Shown: piece by piece, positions 36,735 through 50,744 of the stretch | How positions within the stretch are numbered: the stretch's first letter is position 1 | How the letters are laid out: every line of letters begins with the position of its first letter | NCBI RefSeq assembly: GCF_020745735.1 | Contig: NC_083430.1 | Coordinates: 34,214,909 to 34,278,908 of the forward strand | Direction: 5' to 3' | DNA: 64,000 nt | Source: Hemiscyllium ocellatum | Lineage: Eukaryota | The notes under the pieces: model-generated | The model's database searches: none | What the model was told of the DNA's origin: nothing | Seen by the model: only the letters and a program-made list of their open reading frames with translations | Position numbers and translations under genes: made by a program

Positions 36735-37795
36735 GAGGACATAGGAACAAAAATAGGTCATTCAACCTATTGAGCTTGCTGTGCCATCCAGTGGGATCTT
36801 GGCTGGTTTGATTAACTCCACATTCCTGCATGTTCCCTACAATTCTTGATTCCCTTACTGATTAAAAATCAGTCGTGAATATACTTGACATTTCTGTCTC
36901 TGTGGTAAAGAATTCCAGATTCATTAGCCTCTGAATGAAGAAATTCTGTTTAGATGCATGACCTTTTGTTCTGAGATTATGCCCTCTGGTCCTCGAGTCT
37001 CTCATAAGGGGAAACAGTTTTCCTCTATCAAGTTCTCTGGAAATCTTGATTGTTTCAGTATTCTTATAAATGCCAATTAGGACAGACCTAACCTACTCAA
37101 CCTTCCCTCAATACAGTCTCTCCATACCTGGTATCAGCTTAGTGATCATTCTCTAGATCACATCCGATGCCATAATATCTTTCCTTGGATAAAGGGCCCA
37201 AACTGTTCGCACATTCTATCTGTAGTCTCCAACAATTTTGCCTTGTATAGTTTTACCAAAGTCTTTGATATTCCACTCTGATTGAAATAAAGGCCAACAT
37301 TCCATTTGCAATCTGTGTTATTTGCTGAACTTGGATGCTACCTTTTTGTGATTTGTGGACAAGGACTGCCAAATCTCCCCCCCTGTTTCCCCCCCCCCTT
37401 TTTTTTAAGCTTTCTGCAGTCTTTCTCAATTAATTAAAGAATACTTAGCTTTTCTATTCTTCCTGCAAAAGTGTGTAACCTCACATTTTCCCACATAATA
37501 TTCTGTCTACTAAGTTTTTGCTTAACTTGCAGATTCTGTGTTATCCTCACCACTTGCCTTCCTACCTACTTTTGAGGCATATGTAAACTTGGCTGTAGTA
37601 TGCCATTAATATATATATAGTAAAAAACTTTGGCCGAGCACTGATTTCTGTGACACGTCAGCAGCAGGATGCCATCCTGAAAATGTCTCCCATTCACAGA
37701 TCTCTTTTATTAATTAGCCGATCCTCTATCCATGATCGCATACTACCTCCAACACCATTGACACTTGTCTTACTAAGTATCCTAACGAGTGGTAC
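36735..37795 (-). mobile_element. Old CR1 LINE fragment
   Basis: Colinear with 26190-27130. Confidence 0.65.
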
Positions 37796-37799
37796 CTTT

Positions 37800-38290
37800 T
37801 ATTGAATTGAATTAGTTTTATTATCACATGAGTACAGTGAAAAGTTTCTAAGCCGCCATATACAGAGCCATCTTAGATACAAAGGTACCTAGGTATAGCT
37901 TTGTCAATTCTAGATCTTAGAAAATAGAGGAATAAATCCAGCGTTGCAGAAATAACTAAAAGTTCAGAACAATGGTCTTCCAACCCAGGCCAATCTCCAG
38001 ACTGCTCCGGGCCTTGCTTCTAGGTTCAGGTGGCTGGGGGGAGGGGTGGGGGGTCTGGGGGTCAGTCTGGAATTGCCTCAAGACCAAGGAGACCTCACTG
38101 AGGCCATGCCAGGTTGAGAGAATGCCACATTCCACTAGAAGGCTGCCACACCATATTGGGAGACTGCCACAGGGCACCACTATGCCAAACCAGGAAACCG
38201 CCATATCACATCAGGAGGTCAGGAGTCCACTATGCCCAGCCTCGGGAGGCCTTCACAGGGGTCTTTTAAGTAGGCTGAGAGGACACTGTG
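37800..38290 (-). mobile_element. Non-coding retroposon-like element sharing its 3' tail with 60990-61178
   Basis: - strand ends CTTTTCACTGTACTCATGTGATAATAAAACTAATTCAATTCAAT; GC-rich body. Confidence 0.55.
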
Positions 38291-38399
38291 TCATCGTGTC
38301 TGCTTTGAGGCTTGGAGTTGTCGGGGGTTATATTTGGATTTTTGAATATGCTTGATGTTGCACCCATTGCTTGCTGTTTATCATAAAACAATGGCAATG

Positions 38400-41300
38400 A
38401 TACAGCATAGAAGGGGTTTTTAATCCCATTTTGTTCATGTTAACCCAAAGACACCTAGATGTCCTTTCTTGCATACTGCCCATAGTCCTGCAGTTTACAG
38501 CACTTAAGTTGCAGGCCCAGGTTCTTTAAAAAAATATTTTAAGGTCTCTACCTCCATCGCCAATTCAGGCAGTGAATTCCAGACACCTATCATCCTGTGT
38601 TTTTTTTTAAAAAAAAGGTTGCCTTCTCATCCCCTCTAATTCTTCAGCCACTTACTTGAACCTATGAACCACTGCAAAGGGATACAGGTTCCTCCTGTCT
38701 GCTCTATCTCTACGACTCTCACAATTTCATACACTTCATTTAGCCATCCCTCAGCCTTCTCTATTCCAAGGAAAACTACTCCAATATCTCTCTGTAGCTA
38801 CTGTTTTCCAGCCCATGCAACAGTGTAGTATGTCTTCTCTGCACATTTTCCAGAGCAATTATGTCCTTCCTGTAATGTGACCAGAACTGCATGCAGTACT
38901 CTGGTTGTGACCTCACCAGTGTCATACAGTTTCATCATCATATCCCTGCTTCTGTATTTTATGTCTCTATAAATGAAGGCAGATGCCTTCTTTACAACCT
39001 TTATCTATCTGTATTGCTACCTTTGCACTTACGTGCCAAAATCTCACTTCATCTACCCCTCTCAGTACATTCCCATATGTTGTGTTTTCCCTTTTACTGT
39101 TTAACCTCCTGAAGTGCGTTACTTCACAGTTATCAGAGTTGGACTCCACCTACCACTTTACTGCCCACTCCACCAATCCATCTGTATCATTTTGAAGCTG
39201 ACAGCTATCTTCTACACTATCCACTACACAGCAAATTTTAGTGTTTGCAAATTTCCCAATTTTACCCAGTACTTCAAGCTCAAATCGTTAATGTGTAAAA
39301 CAAACAGCAGGAGTACCAGCCTTGATTCCTAGTGGAACACCATTTGAAACAGCTTTCCATTTGCAAGGGTAGCCATCGACCATTTTCCTTTGTTTTCTTT
39401 ACTAAGCCAACTTTGGACCTAATTTGACACATTACCCTGTATCCTTTCACTTTTTGATCAGTCTGCCATGTGGGACCTTGTCAAACACCTTAGTAAAATC
39501 CATGTAGTCAATAATCACTGTGCTACCCTCATCAGTCCTCTTTCTCTTCCTCAAAGAATTTAATCCACTTTGTAAGGCATAATCTTCCTTAAAACCATGC
39601 TGACTATTCCTGACTCATCCATGCCTTTATCCACTCTTAGGATTGATTCAAACAATTTGCCCGTGGCTGAAGTAAGACTAACAGGAATGTAATTGCTTGC
39701 CATTTGCTTTGTACACTTTTTAAATGACGGGACCACATTTGCATTCCTACAGTGCGGTTAGTGAAAATTGGAGCACATTCCTCTGAGCATCTGCTGTTTT
39801 CCTGATCATCTTCGACATCCTAGGGAACAATCCATCCGGCCCTCGTGACTTACTGCTTTTAAAGATTCCAACTCTAACACTTAACTGTCTCATTGTGATT
39901 ATTTTGTCCAATATTTCACACTGCTGCTCATGAATTACTATGTCCACATCATTTTCTTTTATTCCATTCATTTAAATTCTTCCCATATTCTCTATCTTCA
40001 CAAGTTCCCTTCTTCACCTCTGAAAGTTCTGACTTTTTCATGAACTATCCTTTCATTCTTTACGTACTGGTAAAACATCTTTGAGTTTTCCTTTATCTTG
40101 CTAGTATTTTTAATATAGTCTCTAATTTCTATTTTTTTACTTCATTCCTGTACTTTCTATACTCCCGTAGGCTATCTGCTGTGTTGAGTTTTTTGTGCCT
40201 ATCATCAGCTTTCTTTTTCTATTTAATCTTCCCCTGTATTTTCCTAGTCTGGATTTGGTAGTACTGTTCTTATTTTTGGAGGGATGTGTGCCCTAAGGAT
40301 CTCACTTTTCACTGATTATCCTTGAGAAGTTCTGTTCAGTCCATGTGAGCCAAATTACTTCTCAGTTTTGTAAAATATGCCTTCCACCAGTGTAAAGCTT
40401 TTACTCATGACTTTACCCCTCTCTTCTTCCACAGGACATGAAATTTTCACCCAAAATGTCCCTTAAGTTGTTTGATTCTTAATCTCAATCTGTAAAGTCT
40501 CATTTGTTAACCTGTTTAGAATATCATCCTTTCTAACTGTAACTGATTCTTTAATCAATACTGCTACCCCTTTTTTTTTTCGCTTACTATCTTGTCTGAA
40601 AATTCCATATCCAGGGATATTGACCTGCTTTCGCCTGATTTCCATTATAGCAATGACATTGTGCTGCTATGTGTCTAAGTGTGCCCTGAGTTCATTTGCC
40701 TTGTTTGTCATTTTCCTTGTATTGTAGTATAACCAGCTCAACCTCATCAATTTCCTTTGGTGCCTTTCGATTCTTGTTCCTTTTGCCTGTCTTTCTGAGT
40801 TGGTGACTACATTGCAAGCTAATGTTCTATCTCCTGTTTCCTGATCTGAATCTGACCTATCTAAGCCTACACTTTAGTCCCTACCCCCTGCCATGCTAGT
40901 TTAAACCCTCACCAATTGAGCTAGCAAAAGTCTTCATGAGGATATTTGTCCCAGCTCTGCCCAGGTCCAACCTGTCAGGTTTGCATTGGTTCACCTACCC
41001 GAGAAACTGTCCCAGTGCCTCAAGAATCTAAATCCCTCTCTGGTACACCATTTTTCCAGCCATGTATTCATCTGATCTCTCTTGTTCCTGTTTTCACTAG
41101 CATGTAGCACTGGAAATAATTCTGAGATTATGACATTTGAAGTCCCCACTTAAATTTATCTCCTAACTCCCTATATTCAGCATTCACGTCCTCATCCTTT
41201 TACTTACCTATATTGTTAGTACCTATGTTACCATGATCACTGACTGTTCACCCTCCTGCTTCCGAATGTCCTGCAACCACTATGTGACATTCCCTCAGTA

Positions 41301-41650
41301 TTGAAAGTCGTATCTCTGTTTAAGAGGGGCATGACCGTAGAGGATTCCTACACTTGTTTCCTGAACATTTTACTTTGTCACCTTTTCCCTTTCTGCCTGT
41401 GTAATCCTCACCTGTGGTGTGACCACCTTGCTAAACATGCTACCTAGACATTTTCAGCATTGTGGATGTTCCACAGTGAGTCTCGTTGTAGCTCCAACTC
41501 TGAAAAATAGTTAACCAGTCACTGCCGCTGAACACACTCATTGCACAGGTATTTGTCAGGGACATTGGAAGAGTTCTTTAATTCTCACATTGGGCAAAAA
41601 GAAAATGCCAAGGATCTGTGGTGTCTTGCCATGACCTCTCTCTAGCTTAA
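38400..41650 (-). mobile_element. Old, long CR1 LINE remnant (ORF1, EN, RT)
   Basis: NIPGYGIFRQD..GVAVLIKE (EN), KSRGPDGLFPRM, and RT/3' UTR similarity. Confidence 0.75.
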
Positions 41651-42807
41651 GCTGGTTACTACCTTAGATAGATTTAATTCTATTTAATTCTCTAAATATG
41701 TAATCAGTGCTTTACCCCAAAGAATTCTAGTAAATTTATCAGAGCTGCTTATCATATAATGTATTTCTAAATTCACTGCAATTGCATTTTTCATAATAGA
41801 CTATAACGTTTTCCGAATGATGTATGTTAAGCTAGCTTGCCTACAGTTTACCTACTTTTTTATTTGTTTTCTTTTAAATAAGGGTGTTAGATAAGTAGTT
41901 TTCCAAACCTTTGAGATTCTTCCAGAATCTGAGGATTCCTGGAGGATTACTGCTAGAGTATCCACCATCTCTGAAACTACTTCCTTTAGTATTCTAGGGT
42001 GCATCCCATCATGCCATAAAATATTTAAGCAACGTGGTTTCATTTAATTTACTGTGTGTCATTGCCAGTATTAGAAAATTGTTCCAGATCACCTGCTCCA
42101 GCCCGTAGCCCTCCCTATACTGAAGGCATGTGTTGACAGTGACATCCTTAACATTTATAACTCTGGGTTTAAGAAGAATTGGCTGGAGTCAGGATGCATA
42201 CCCTGGTTCCTGGTCATTATCCAATCATCCCGTACTAAAATAGTATGTGTAGTCCTGAGGTTAAATAGAGTCATAGAGATATGTGATTTGGACAAGGTGT
42301 TTGCTGGATCACTAATAATGGAGGCTTCCAGCAGTATAAGAAGGTCCTGTCAGGTGAAGCAATGGAAAATCACACATCTGTGAGTTGGGCAATTTATATT
42401 GAAGTGTTTAGTCACGATACCCTAGCCATGACTAGTGTGGGGCAGGTTGGAGAAGTCACCTGGTCCTTTCCTGTCTGTCACTTTCATATGCTTACACTCA
42501 TAATAACATTAGCCAAAGCCCTCCAAAAGAGCTATTCAAGTTCCAGTCCAGTAATTTCAGCGCAGTACTTATATTTGATGCTGCAGTCTGACCTTTGGAT
42601 GAGATATTAAACTGAAGGCCTGTCTGCCTTCTCAAATGGAGGTTAAAGATCTTATGTCACTCATTGAAGAGCAGGGCAGTTCTCCCAGCATCCTGGTCAG
42701 AATTTATCCCCCAACCAGTATCACCTCAAAAATGATTTATAAGGGTGTCATTACAATGATGTGGAATCTTACTCTATGGCTGTAAATCATTGAAACGTCC
42801 TGAAATT

Positions 42808-43110
42808 AGATTAGATGCCCTGCAGTGTGGAAACAAGCCTTCAGCTCAACAAGTCCACTCCGACCCTCTGAAGAGTAACCCACCCAGACCCATTTCCCTC
42901 TGACTAATGCACCTAACACTATTGGAATTTAGCATAGCCAATTCACCTGGCTTGCACATCTTTGGAATGTGGGAGGAAACTGGCGCACCTGGAAGAAAAC
43001 CACGCCGAACAGGGAGAATGTGCAAACGCTGCACAGTCAACTGAGGCTGGAATCGAACCCGGGTACCGTGAGGCAGTAGTGTTAACCACTGAGTCACCAC
43101 GCCGCCCCCA
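42808..43110 (-). mobile_element. HE1-like SINE, preceded by a Deu-domain SINE remnant (~42590-42805, +)
   Basis: - strand GGGGCGGCGTGGTGACTCAGTGGTTAACAC..GGTTCGATTCC; (TCTAA)n-like tail. Confidence 0.8.
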
Positions 43111-44279
43111 CGGTCTATGAAACTATGCTACTTACATGTGTTCTGCTTTATGCAGCTGTTTCGATTCTTCAGTTAATCGTTTACATTTGTGTCTGCTAAT
43201 TTTTTTTGTTTAATCTATTTAAAATTTGATTGATCTCTATGTGCTTTTGTATTATCTTGTATTTTGTACTTCAAGTAATTGTCCTTTTTTAACCTGTAAA
43301 GAAACTGTGGTTTCTGCTTTGATAATTCCAGCAAGCCCCTGTAAAGAAAATTCTTCTAATTTGTTCAGTTTGTGATAATTTTCAATTGACGACCTATTAT
43401 CACTGATTCCAAGGAAATTGTCAATTTCTTATGCTGTCCAGACTTTGCAGAACTTTGAAAATAATGATTAGATCTGCTAGACTTATGTACAAGTGTGACT
43501 AGCCCAGTGTCTCAAGCCTCCTTTGAAGGCACCATCCAAACTGGTGACCACTTTCACGTAGAAATAAAGCAGCAGACACATGGCAACACCAGTATCCTCA
43601 TGCTATCCTGACAAGGGACTATGTTCTCATTCCTTTGCTGTTGCTAGATTACAATTCAGGTAGTTGCTGCTTGCCTGTTATATGGACTACATCATTTTAT
43701 TAAAGAAGCTCAGTACCACTTTCCTAATTAAGAGCAGGATATTCTTGCCTTGTCAGCAAGGTCCACATCCAGGAAAGTTTTTGTTTGAATTATTTCATTT
43801 CCAGTCCTTGTGATCATCCTGGTGAATCTGCTTTCTGCTGCTTAAAGCTGCTTTCTTACAGCTTTAAAATCCCTTCTATAATAAACACTGAGCACTGCAT
43901 TGCATAGTTCAAAGTCTTCACTAATCCAAATAATTTTATTCCTGTATATACTATTCCTCCTGTATTCTATTCCTCTGTTTGTGTGATACAAAATTCCATT
44001 GACCACTTTATAGAAGCCATTTGCAAATAGGTGCTTGGTTGAATTGCTATCATTTTCTGCTGTGGTCTAATGTCAGTTTAACATTAATGTTTTATTTTGT
44101 TCCAAATGAAAGAAGTTTGTAAAAGGTTCTCTGACAAGCCTTATATTTTACCTTCTGAAAATTCATGTATTTGCATTTGTGTTCCCAAAAGATACTCAAA
44201 CTTCTCAAAAAAACCCTTTGGTCTAAACGATTTACCTTTAACAAGTTTCTGTCATCTGCCTTTCATTAGATTGCTAAAT

Positions 44280-44614
44280 CAAAGTTTGGGAGAAGATTTG
44301 TAGCTCGGGTGCTCATTGTTGTGGTTCTGTTCGCTGAGCTGGGAATTTGTGTTGCAGATGTTTCGTCCCCTGTCTAGGTGACATCCTCAGTGCTTGGGAG
44401 CCTCCTGTGAAGCGCTTCTGTGATGTTTTCTCCAGCATTTATAGTGATTTGTATCTGCCGCTTCCGGTTGTTAGTTCTATAGTGGTAGTAATGCTGGAGG
44501 AAACATCACAGAAGTGCTTCACAGGAGGCTCCCAAACACTGAGGATGTCACCTAGACAGGGGACGAAACGTCTGCAACACACATTCCCAGCTCGGCGAAC
44601 AGAACCACAACAAC
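44280..44614. mobile_element. Palindromic Poseidon-type Penelope-terminus mini-element with 12-bp TSD and a hammerhead on each strand
   Basis: Arms ~44316-44439 and ~44490-44613; TSD AGATTGCTAAAT at 44268-44279 and 44615-44626. Confidence 0.9.
44536..44575 (+). ncRNA. Minimal type I hammerhead ribozyme motif with intact core
   Basis: CA CUGAGGA U GUCACCU AGAC AGGGGAC GAAA C GUC UG; predicted cleavage after 44572; palindromic ACGU in place of loop III. Confidence 0.7.
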
Positions 44615-45654
44615 AGATTGCTAAATGCTAGCTTTTGGATAATGGGACAAAAATAGTTGTAACGTTGAAGTTTGTGCTTTTATGTGTTGTGCCCAAATAC
44701 CACTGGTTTATGACGGTTCACTTTGTAGGTGGGTTCGAACAAGTTGGGGTGGGCAAGGTTTCTAAATCACTTGGACAAATTTTCAACATTTCTTGCAATG
44801 TTGAAAATTTGTCCAAGTGATTTAGAACATGTAGTGTTGAACTCAAACACTGATGGAACCATCAATCAAAATTATTTTGAAGGCAAGTGGATAAATGTGT
44901 GGAAATGAAAAATTTCAAAATTTCCATGAATGGATAAAATGATTGCTCTTTCAAAGATGCAGATGGACCTAATGGGCTGAATGGCCTCAATCTGTTCTGT
45001 AAAATTCTTGTTTGAATAACCTCTGTACTTGATATTTCTGCATTTGAAAATGACTTTATTCTGAAAATTGGAGAAGAAAGTTTAGAATCCAACTGTATAC
45101 TCTGATCTTGCTTTGACCCCATATTCCTGATCCCTTTGATCCGAGAAACTGTATTTACAGTTGTCTTAAAAATATTCAATATTTTGGCTTCAACTGTTTC
45201 CTATGACGGAATTCCATAGGCTCACCATTTTTTGGGTGAAGAAATTCTTGCTCATCTCTGCTGTAAAAGCCTACTACTTATTCTCAGACTTTGACTCCTG
45301 GTTCTGAACTCCCCAGTCATCAAGAACATGCTTTGGTTTTCTCCCACAATCCAAAGATGTGCAGGCTAGGTAGGTTAGCCATAATGATGAGGTCCCACCC
45401 TCATTTTTCTAAACACTAGCGAATATGGTCCTAACTGATCCAATTCTTTCCCTGTATATCGTCCCACCATCCCAGGACTCAGTCTGGTAAACTTCCTTTG
45501 AACTCCCTCAATAGCCAGATGGTTAGGGTGGCATGCTGGCTCAGTAGTTAGCACTGCTGCCTCACAGCACCAGTGATCCAAGTTCGATTCCAGTCTTGGG
45601 TTTCTTTGGGGTTTGCATTTTCTCCCTTTGTCGGTGTGGGTTTCTGCCATGCCA

Positions 45655-47850
45655 TTCTGTAAGTTTTAGAATACTCAGACAAAGATGAGAGTGGTCCTAA
45701 GGGATGAGTACTAAACTGTGTTAAGGCCAAATATATCAAAATTAGTAAGGAGCTGGGAAATGTGGATTGGACACAGCTATTTGAAGGAAAGTCCACATTT
45801 GATATCTGGGTGGCTTTCAAAGGTAGGTTGAAGATAGTGCAGGATAAGCCTGTCCCTTTGAAAACAAGGGATAGGAAAGGCAAGGTTTGTGAACCGTGGG
45901 TGACTGGAGAATTCGTGCAACTAGCCAAGAGGAAAAGGGAATCGTACATAAGGTCCAGGCAGCTGAGAACAGAATGGGCCTTGGAAGAATATCAGGAGAG
46001 TTGGACTAATCTTAAACGAGGAATCAATTGGGCTAAAAGAAGTCATGAAATATCTTAAGTGAGCAGGATTAAGAAGAATCCCAAGGCCTTTTATTCTTAT
46101 ATAAGAAGCAAGAGGGTAACTAGGAAAGGATTGGTCCACCAAAGGATAAGGAAGGAAGGTTGTTTGCTGAACCTGAGAAAATGGGTGAGATTCTCAATGA
46201 TTTACTATGCATCAGTGTTCACTGAGGAACGGGATGTGGTGAATGCTGAGATAAGAGATAGAAGTTTGTTTACTCTGGATCATGTTGACATAAGGAGGGA
46301 AGATGTATTGGGTAGGCTAAAGGATATTAAGGTGGACAAATCCCTAGGACCAGATGTGATCTATCCCAGGTTGCTGAGGGAGGCGAGAGAGGAAATAGCT
46401 GGAGCCCTGACAGATATCTTCATAGCATCCTTAAACACAGGTGAGATGCCAAAGGAAGTGAGGGTTGCTCATGTTGTCCCGCTGTACAAGAAGAGTAGTA
46501 GGGATATTCCAGGTAAGTACAGACTGGTGGTGGGAAAGTTGCTGGAGAAGGTACTGCGGGATAAAATCTATTTATATTAGGAAAAGAGTGGACTTATCAA
46601 TGATAGGCAATGTGGTTTTCTGCAGGGTAGATCATACCTTGCCAACTTAATAGAGTTCTTTGAGGAAGTGACCAAGTTGATAGACGAAGGAAGGGCTATA
46701 GATATCATATACATGGACTTTAGTAAGGCATTTGATAAGGTTCCCCGTGGTAAACTAATGGAGAAAGTGAAGTAATATGTGTGCAGGGTGTTCTAGCTAG
46801 GTGGATAAAGAATTGGTTGAGCAACAGGAGACAGAGAGTAGTAGTTGAAGAGAGTTTCTCGAAATGGAGAAAGATGACCAGTGTTCCATAGGGATCAGTG
46901 CTGGAGCCACTGTTGTTTGTAATATACATAAAAGATCTGGAAGAGGCCATTGTTGGTCTGATCAGTAAGTTTGCAGATGACACGAAGATTAGTGGAGTAG
47001 CAGAAAGCATAGGGGACTGTCAAATATAGGTAGACTGGAGAATTTGGTAGACAAGTGGCAGATGGAGTTCAATCCAGGTAAATGTGAGATGATGCATTTT
47101 GGGAAGTCTAATTCTCAAACCAGCTATACTGTAAACGGAAGAGCCTTCGGAAAAGTTGATGTATAGAGAGATTTTGGAGTTCAGGTCCATTGTACCCTGA
47201 AGATGGCTGCATAGGTGGATAGAGTGGTCAAGAAGGCATATGGTATGCTTGCCTTCATCGAACGGGGTATTAAGTGTAAGGGTTGGCAGGTCATGTTAAA
47301 ATTGTACAAGACATTGGTTCAGCTGCATTTAGAATACTGTGTACAGCTCTGGTTCCCACATTACCAAAAGGATGTGGACACTCTGGAGAGGGTGCAGGGA
47401 AGGTTTACGAGGATGTTGCCTGGTATGGACGGTACTAGCTATGAAGAGAGGACTGTTTTCATTACGAAAAAGGAGATTGAGGGGGGGACCTGATTGAGGT
47501 CTACAAAATCATGAAGGATACAGACAGGGTAGATAGAGAGACGCTTTTTCACAGCGTGAGGGATTCAGTACAAGAGGTCACGCTTTCAAGGTGAGAGGTG
47601 AAAAGTTTAAGGGGGATATGTGTGGCAAGTACTTTACACAGAGGGTGGTAGGTATCTGGGACATGTTGCCAGCAGAGGTAGTAGAGGCAGGCACGGTAGA
47701 TTCATTTAAGGTGTGTCTGGACCTTATGAGTAGGTGGGGAGCAGAGGGTTCCAGATACTTAGGAATTGGGTGATTTTTGGATGAATTTGGATTGGCTCAG
47801 CTTTGGGGGAGGCCGAAGGGCCTGTTCGTGGCTTGTAAATTTTCTTTGTT
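45655..47850 (+). mobile_element. CR1 LINE ORF2 remnant nested in an HE1-like SINE (45525-45652 and 47855-48095)
   Basis: IKKNPKAFYSYIRSK, DKSLGPDVIYPRLLRE, LEYCVQLW..LERVQGRFTRM; the SINE halves join across it. Confidence 0.9.
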
Positions 47851-50744
47851 GCTTTGTGCTGGTTCACTCCCACAGACCAAAGATGTGAAGATAAGGTGGA
47901 TTGGCCACGCTAAATTGCCAGAGATGTGTAGGTTAGAATAGATTCCCTACAATGTGGAAAACGTGGTCAATTAGCCAATGTAAATGTAGGGTTTTGGGGA
48001 TACAGTGAGAGACTGGTTCTGGGTGGGATGCAGTTTGGATGGTCAGTGCAGATTTGATGGGCTGAATGGCCTTTTTCCACACTAGGGTTTCAATGATTTT
48101 TAAGATCCATCTAGGATAAGCAGACCAAAACTGCATATCATGCAGATAGAATGACTTGAAATGGAGCAGCACTGAGGTTGTTCTATAGACTTTGATATGG
48201 CATTAGTGTGATTGGGTATAAAGATAGACCTACCATTGAGGGTACACTGCCTCGTGGGATAACTGGTTGCTGCCTCTGCAGGTTTGATGGATGAGATTTG
48301 TTCAACTGAAACAATGGTTTTGATTAGTTAGTTGGAGAAGGATTGTTCTTGGTAACTGATAGTGCACGTATTAGAACACAGATTTAAAATTTTGGGGAAA
48401 AGATAGGATGGATGTGAGAAATGCAGTGTGTAATGAACTGGAACTCACTGCTAACGAGAGTAATGGAATAAATAAAATGAATAACTTCAAAAAGCAATTA
48501 GGTAGATATTTGAGGGAAGGTTTCATGGGGGAACGGAAATGATCATTCTACAGGTAGCTGGCATGAACTCACTGAACTGAATGACTGCCTTCAGTATTAT
48601 AATGTTGCTTAACCAACCAAATAAAATGGCAAATTCTCATGAGGAAAGGCCTGAAGTTGCACAGTAAGCACCAAAAATTAGTAGGCATGAGATAGAACTT
48701 GCCTCTGTAGTATCTGAATGACAATCTAATTGATAACATGAGCTGGAATATTATTTTCATGTTAAGCTTAATGTTCCTTTTCCCATACGTTTGTGCTGCT
48801 GTTTCCCTTCTAAGTTTTTTCCATCTTGACCTACAGGTATTGGGTTACAAATCCATGGATGTTATCTGCTTTCTGCCCAAGTCTCCATTGTTTGTATTGG
48901 AACCAAGACAAAGTTGAACTGCCTGTGGCTCTGGAGCTGTATGGGAGCCTTAAGCGTATTTTTTTGCAGCTTCCAACCTTTCCAATTGGATGACATTATC
49001 ATGAAAGAAAATTCTTTAAAAAGGAATAAAGTCCAGAACATTATAAGTCAACAACTAGACACCAACACAATTTTCCTTATTGAGTTTAATGTTTGCTTAA
49101 TTAGAAACATAGTTTTTGCAATAACATCTAGCATTTTTAGGCATTTTGAGAAATATGTCCTAATTGTTGGCTTACAAAGTTGAAAGTTAAAGCCCTCCCT
49201 CGTTATAATACGATCTCTTAGATGTTGACAGTCTATCTTGATTAATTTTACAGATCTTAAAGACTTTAACATTTGCAAGTATTGTTATAATTTGCTAAAT
49301 TATATTAGGAAATATGTCATCCATGGGATTTTACTTTTACTGAAAAAGTGCTCTAATTAATGTAGGCACGAAATGCCAATCATGTTGCACTTTACAGTTT
49401 CTATTATTATTTTGACTAAAACAAATCTCTGTGCTCTATATAAACCTGTTGGAACGATATAGCAATACCATGATTAGATTTAATGCTTTGATGTGAGGAA
49501 CAGACCTTATGATTATAGCCATTATTTCTAAAATAGCTGAAATCAGAATCTGTTATTAGAAGCCTTTTTTTAATCATGAGAAACAATAACTGAATACAAT
49601 TGTTTTAATTCTATTTATCTTAAGTTAAAACTTGTTCTAAAGATGAGTTTACTGACAGAAATTATAGATTTTAAAAATTAAATATTGCTCAGAAATGTTG
49701 CTAAAGCTTTTTTTCTTGCTTTCATCAGGACAAATGCAAGAATGACAAATTTCAAATGGATCACCATAATTTATGACACGAGAAAAGGTGCTTATTGTTT
49801 AGCATGTCTGTTGATTGGCAAAAGCTTTGTCATGGAAAAAGAAATCAATAATTAAGAAAAAAGTGCAAGATCTGTATTAAAATCGTGACAAAAGACATTT
49901 TTAAATGATTTTTAAATTTACTTTACGTTCGAGGTTAAAAGTGCTATTTTTCTATTTAATAAGGTCCATCCTTTTTACATTTTTCAACATGCTTATGCAT
50001 ACTTTATACAAAATTGATACACCACACCTAAATGTGCATATAATTGAGATGAGATAAATAGAAATTCCAAGTTAGATATGTTTAGGTATTGAATTTCTGT
50101 ATTAACAGAAGAAAATCAATATGTATTGTATTTATAGAAGCGAAATATGAGTTATATCAGAAACACTTGGAAATTCTACATCTTTAGATTAGATATACTG
50201 AATTTTTATGTTGTGGCAGCCAATAGTTTTATTTTCAACATATTCGTTTTGAAAAGAAAGGCTTTTTGAGTGAAAAAAGGTTGCTGAGTCTGGCCCGAGA
50301 TGATGTGGGGCAGCACTAGCTGTTGCTCATACTGTGATGAGATATTGAGTATGGTTGGAATGAGGAGTGGATTTGCATCCCATGCAATCACTTGTTATTA
50401 GAGGTTACTAAAGAACAATGTGGAGTAGGAAACACCTCTAATATGTCAGCTTGAGCCAGAGCCTCTGCAATTCTGTCACAAAAAGAAGTTGATGCTAAAC
50501 ATTGAACATTTTCTTGAAGGGGTTTGATATATTTCTTCACGCTGAAGGGATCATACGGTATGGGGAGAAAGCAGGTTACTTGTTGGATGATCAGCCGTAA
50601 TCATATTGCATGGTAGAAGAGGCTGAAAGGGGTAAATGGCCATTCATGCTTCAATTTTCTTTCCAAATAACTGCAGCAGTAATGGTGAGATCAGCACGGT
50701 CAAGGCCAGATTTACAGTGATCACTGCAGGAGGCACTATGGGTA

